64,000 nucleotides of DNA from Magallana gigas (taxonomy: Eukaryota): the NCBI RefSeq assembly GCF_963853765.1, contig NC_088853.1, positions 58,404,001 to 58,468,000 on the forward strand. Reading direction: 5' to 3'. Below, one piece after another: positions 60,016-64,000 of the stretch. A program made the position numbers and the translations under genes. Within the stretch, counting starts at the first letter, position 1, and the number at the start of each line of letters is the position of its first letter. The notes beneath the pieces were generated by a model. That model ran no database searches. It worked only from the letters and a program-made list of their open reading frames with translations, and had not been told where the DNA came from.

Positions 60016-63000
60016 TCACATTTTAAAGTCCTTAAAACGTTGCGGAACTGTCTTTACACGGGTTGACCTTCTCAAGACTGGCTCTGTTGGTTTTCTTGCG
60101 ATAGGTTCCCTCACAGAAGGCCGTCCTTCATCACCTGTATCAGCTGATACAATGATCGGTTCACTGTAAGTCTCTGGAATATCGGACACATCACTTTCGG
60201 AAGTTCCCGGTTCTTGATACTTTTTCACAAACTCGCTATTCCTCTTCAATGTGACTCCTTCTGGTGATTCAACAACACAGCTGTTTCCAGTTTTCTGTAC
60301 CAAAGTATATGGCTCTGCATGGTACGGAGTGTCCATTTTGTCTTTGACTGCTTTCTTCAAAAGGACTGAATCTCCAGGCTCTAAGTCGCAATCCACTGCA
60401 CCACGTTTCTCATCAACATATAGCTTGTTTCTGTACTTTGAATACACATCCTTATCTCGCATTTCTTCATCAAACACATTTTCTTGTAGATTCTCTACTT
60501 GTGGTAATTTTGTCCTCAGTTTACGGCGGAACATCAATTCTGCAGGTGACACCCCAGTTGTACTGTGTGGAGTTGTTCGATATGCAAACAAGTATTTCCG
60601 GATTTCTTTCTTCCAATCCTTAGATTCTGCTTGTGCAATTCTAATCCTTTTCATCAATGACCGGTTTTGACGTTCAACTTCCCCGTTTGCAGCCGGATGT
60701 AATGGTGTAACTGCTCTGTGTTTGATGCAGTTATCTGTCAAATAATCCTCAAATAACTTAGACTTGAATTGTGGTCCATTATCAGATGTAATTTGATATG
60801 GAATTCCGTGTCTACAAAACATTCCCTCTAGAGCATCAATGATTTTCTCACTTGTAATGTCTTTGGTAATTTCAATTTCATAATAACGGCTGAAGTAGTC
60901 CACTACAACTAACACATATTGTCCTGATGTTAATGGTCCCAGTAAGTCAATTGCCAACTCTTGCCACGGTCCCGTCGGTAAAGGTGTTGGACTGATTGGC
61001 TCCGGTTTTGGATATGCACTAGTAATCTGACATCCATGACATGATTTCACGTACTTTTCCACTTCTTTGTCCATACCAGGCCACCAAACTTTCGTCCTAA
61101 GTTGTTGTTTTGTCCCAACAATGCCCAAGTGCCCCTGGTGTGCTAACTGAACACACTGTTTTCTCAGACTTCTCGGAATCACAATCCTAGATCCACGTAA
61201 CACAAGGTATCCAATAGAACAAAATTCATCTCTGAATGGAAAATAGTCAACACAAGATTTTTCCCATTCCCCTTCTTTAATGAATCTACAAAATCTGACA
61301 AGTTCTTCGTCCCTCTTTGAAACTTCTTCTACTTCTCGAGTAGACAATGCATGAGGCGTAGCTTCCCTCGCTATAAATTTCACATATTGTTCAGTCTCCA
61401 CAGAGTTACTGTTTTCCACAGGTTTGTTTTCCACTAAACGTGACAATGCATCTGCAATATTCTGATGTCCAGGTAAGTAACGCACTTTGAAATTGTATGC
61501 CATAAGTTTCAACAACCAGCGTTCAATTCGTGCATTTGGTCGAGATTTTCTTCCATAAAGAACTTCTAATGGCTTGTGATCTGTAATCAGCTCAAACTCT
61601 ACACCATACAAGTAAATATGGAACTTCTCACATGCCCACACAACTGCCAGAGCTTCTTTCTCTGTTGTCGAATAATTGCGTTCTGCCACGGACAATGTAC
61701 GGCTTGCATAACAGATGACTCTCGTTTCACCTTTGTGCACTTGAAGTAAGACTGCTCCAAGGCCTACATTGCTAGCATCTGTCACTAACTGTGTTTTTTC
61801 TGCATCTAACCTGTAGTGTCCTAAAGTTTCCACATTTGACAAACAACGTTTCAACGTATCAAAACTCTTCTTCTGTTCATGTCCCCATACGAAGTTCACA
61901 TTCTTCTTTGTCAATCTCCTCAGCGGTTCTGACACAGTCGCTAGGTTTGGTATATATCGTGCACTAAAGTTTACAAGTCCAAGGAAACTTTTCACTTCAG
62001 ATCCACTTGTTGGCTCTTTTGCATCCAGTAATGACTTGATCCTGTCACTTGTTGGCCCAATACCATTCTTAGACATCACATGACCCATGAATGTTATTTT
62101 GTTCATGCTAAATTCACACTTTGCTTGGTTCAGCGTAAGTCCTTTTTCTTTAATTCTCTGCAATGCTTTACGAAGTCTTTTATCATGTTCTGCTTTGTCA
62201 CGCCCATGGATCACAATATCATCTGAAATGTTTTGTACTCCCTCACAATCATGAAATACTTGTGAAATCACTTGCTGATATTTTTCTGGTGCTGATGAAA
62301 TACCAAACATCAGTCTTTTATATCTATACAGGCCTTTGTATGTTACAAATGTAGTGATCTCCCTTGAAGATTCCTCCAACTCAATCTGATGGTATCCACT
62401 TCTAAGGTCCAACTTGCTAAACACTTCACTACCATTCACATTGTAGAGTATTTCTTCCACAGTCGGAATAGGGTGTCTTTCACGAATAATCGCAGCATTG
62501 GCTTGTCTCATGTCGACACACAATCTGATGTCACCATTGGATTTCGGTACAATAATGACTGGACTGACCCAAGGTGTAGGAGAATTCACTTTCTCAATGA
62601 TATCCTGAGATTCAAGGTCATCAAGTTGCTCTCCAACTTTCTCTCTCAAACTGTATGGAATCCTGTACATAGCTTGGGCAACAGGTTTTACGTCCTGATC
62701 AATATGCAGCTTTAACTTAAAGTTTTTCAGCTTTCCTATTCCTTGGAAACACTCTGGGTATTCACGAACAATGTCAAATGATTGTACACTGTTGACACCA
62801 AGTTTAAGAACTCCTAGATTCGTAGCGGTATCTTTGCCTAGCAGTGCTGGTCCTTTTCCATTCAACACATAGAATTCTTCTTCACTACCATTGCCTGTTT
62901 CCTCGATCAAGGTATGTGTTCGAAATTTTCCTAACAATTTCAGTGGTTCTGTAGAACTATATGCATAGAGTTTCTTCTCACACTTTTCAGAATAACATTT

Positions 63001-63999
63001 TAGGCGTTTCTTCTTGAGAACTTCCCACAGTTCTTTGTCTATAATATTGGCTGATGCACCACTATCAATAACGAATTCCACTGGATGTCCTCCAAGACTG
63101 ACCGTAACTTTGTCTGATGACTTGTCCGATGTCTTCAGAATAAATGCAAACACATCTGAATCAGATTCCGACTCTACTGTATGAATCTGTCCTCCTCTCT
63201 GAGATTTCTGTGCCATACGTTTTCCTTGTTTTGGCTTCGTTAAGCAGCAGCTCATGAAGTGTCCCACATTTCCACATTTCCTGCATTCCTTATCTTTTGC
63301 CGGACATGATGGATCTCTGGCTAAGTGTCCTTCTCGTCCACAACGAAAACACTTATTTCCATACTTTCTGTTCTCGAATCTACCAGTACGTCTTGGTTTC
63401 TCTGTTTTAGGCCCACGTCCATGAATTTTATTTATTGATGCCACTAATTCGGTATCCATATGTCTTGCCTGTGCCTCTGTCATTTCAAATGTCGCAGCTA
63501 TTGTCCTCAACTGTTCCAGTGTTAAGTCTTTTCCTTTCTCTAACAACTTAGCTCTGATTTTATGAGACATGCACTTTTCAATCACCTGATCCCGAATTTG
63601 CTCATCCTGATTTGCAAAATCACAATATACTGCTTGCTGTCTAAGTTTCGTTATAAACTGTTCTACAGTTTCTTTATCACTTTGTGTTATCTTACGAAAT
63701 ACGTACTGTTCATATGGAACATTCACTTTGTTTTCAAAATGTTTATTTAACGTTTTGACAGCCACGGTATACACACTATCTTCTTGCTCTGCACGGACTT
63801 CATTCAGCGTATAATAAATATCCTGAACTTCTGGTCCTGCACAATGTAACAGTAAAGCTTTTCTTTGTTCAGGGTTACTCACCCCCTTTCCAACCGCAAA
63901 AAGTTCGAAACTTCTATGCCACCGTTTCCAAGACTGATTTAACTGTGACGGTTCTGCGTTTGGGTCGAACTTCTGAACACCATTCAGTTCAATAAGCGA
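60016..63999 (-). CDS. Ty3/Gypsy LTR retrotransposon single-ORF gag-pol polyprotein (5' end beyond the window), apparently intact
   Basis: Open from the window edge (SLIELNGVQKFDP..). Gag with a CCHC knuckle CFRCGREGHLARDPSC, protease FVIDSGAS, RT (LCVDMR, ISDDIVI), RNase H (TDASNVGLGAVL, TDHKPL), integrase HHCC (AHQGH..CHGC) and D,D-35-E core (IDLLG, SDNG, NGEVER). The order PR-RT-RH-IN is Gypsy. Confidence 0.97.
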   Translation of the reverse strand, partial: SLIELNGVQKFDPNAEPSQLNQSWKRWHRSFELFAVGKGVSNPEQRKALLLHCAGPEVQDIYYTLNEVRAEQEDSVYTVAVKTLNKHFENKVNVPYEQYVFRKITQSDKETVEQFITKLRQQAVYCDFANQDEQIRDQVIEKCMSHKIRAKLLEKGKDLTLEQLRTIAATFEMTEAQARHMDTELVASINKIHGRGPKTEKPRRTGRFENRKYGNKCFRCGREGHLARDPSCPAKDKECRKCGNVGHFMSCCLTKPKQGKRMAQKSQRGGQIHTVESESDSDVFAFILKTSDKSSDKVTVSLGGHPVEFVIDSGASANIIDKELWEVLKKKRLKCYSEKCEKKLYAYSSTEPLKLLGKFRTHTLIEETGNGSEEEFYVLNGKGPALLGKDTATNLGVLKLGVNSVQSFDIVREYPECFQGIGKLKNFKLKLHIDQDVKPVAQAMYRIPYSLREKVGEQLDDLESQDIIEKVNSPTPWVSPVIIVPKSNGDIRLCVDMRQANAAIIRERHPIPTVEEILYNVNGSEVFSKLDLRSGYHQIELEESSREITTFVTYKGLYRYKRLMFGISSAPEKYQQVISQVFHDCEGVQNISDDIVIHGRDKAEHDKRLRKALQRIKEKGLTLNQAKCEFSMNKITFMGHVMSKNGIGPTSDRIKSLLDAKEPTSGSEVKSFLGLVNFSARYIPNLATVSEPLRRLTKKNVNFVWGHEQKKSFDTLKRCLSNVETLGHYRLDAEKTQLVTDASNVGLGAVLLQVHKGETRVICYASRTLSVAERNYSTTEKEALAVVWACEKFHIYLYGVEFELITDHKPLEVLYGRKSRPNARIERWLLKLMAYNFKVRYLPGHQNIADALSRLVENKPVENSNSVETEQYVKFIAREATPHALSTREVEEVSKRDEELVRFCRFIKEGEWEKSCVDYFPFRDEFCSIGYLVLRGSRIVIPRSLRKQCVQLAHQGHLGIVGTKQQLRTKVWWPGMDKEVEKYVKSCHGCQITSAYPKPEPISPTPLPTGPWQELAIDLLGPLTSGQYVLVVVDYFSRYYEIEITKDITSEKIIDALEGMFCRHGIPYQITSDNGPQFKSKLFEDYLTDNCIKHRAVTPLHPAANGEVERQNRSLMKRIRIAQAESKDWKKEIRKYLFAYRTTPHSTTGVSPAELMFRRKLRTKLPQVENLQENVFDEEMRDKDVYSKYRNKLYVDEKRGAVDCDLEPGDSVLLKKAVKDKMDTPYHAEPYTLVQKTGNSCVVESPEGVTLKRNSEFVKKYQEPGTSESDVSDIPETYSEPIIVSADTGDEGRPSVREPIARKPTEPVLRRSTRVKTVPQRFKDFKM

Positions 64000-64000
64000 A

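Noticed and set aside
60251-63750. Plus-strand ORFs inside the Gypsy element
   Set aside because: Antisense shadows of gag-pol; no env-like ORF was seen.

Overview
AT-rich (eukaryotic, intron-containing) genomic DNA, most likely from an oyster/bivalve. This is inferred from a ~166-bp satellite inside pearl/Helentron-type elements and a fucolectin-EGF gene. The window is a nested pile of mobile DNA around one host immune-type gene (signal peptide + FTP/fucolectin-like domain + EGF exons, 28694-36661). Main contents: (i) four same-orientation Polinton/Maverick-type left termini (AGTAG(T) with a TGACGTCA palindrome 40-41 bp inside) at ~5193/5201, 8404, 13261 and 57337, with no matching right terminus seen. 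Two of them head a tandemly duplicated ~4.2-kb unit that carries a small spliced gene and different secondary insertions. (ii) A frameshifted protein-primed family-B DNA polymerase (50545-54369) with a Vsr-like nuclease insert and a Cys-rich insert, next to a spliced mucin-type membrane glycoprotein cassette; an inverted paralog of that cassette lies at 325-1930. (iii) The C-terminal part of a RAG1/Transib-like transposase with a tail of tandemly duplicated, in-phase exons (43847-46990, minus). (iv) A GTSF1-like tandem CHHC zinc-finger gene (4291-4558, minus). (v) An exon with RNA Pol II CTD-like YSPxSPx heptads (58276-58335). (vi) An apparently intact Gypsy gag-pol ORF with its 3' LTR, running off the right edge. 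There are also an L1/Tx1-type RT fragment, a G2E3-like pseudogene, a Myb/SANT-like pseudo-exon, MITEs, Helentron-like non-autonomous elements and mini/microsatellites. No rRNA, tRNA or CRISPR was seen. All family assignments come from motif recognition by eye, not database searches.
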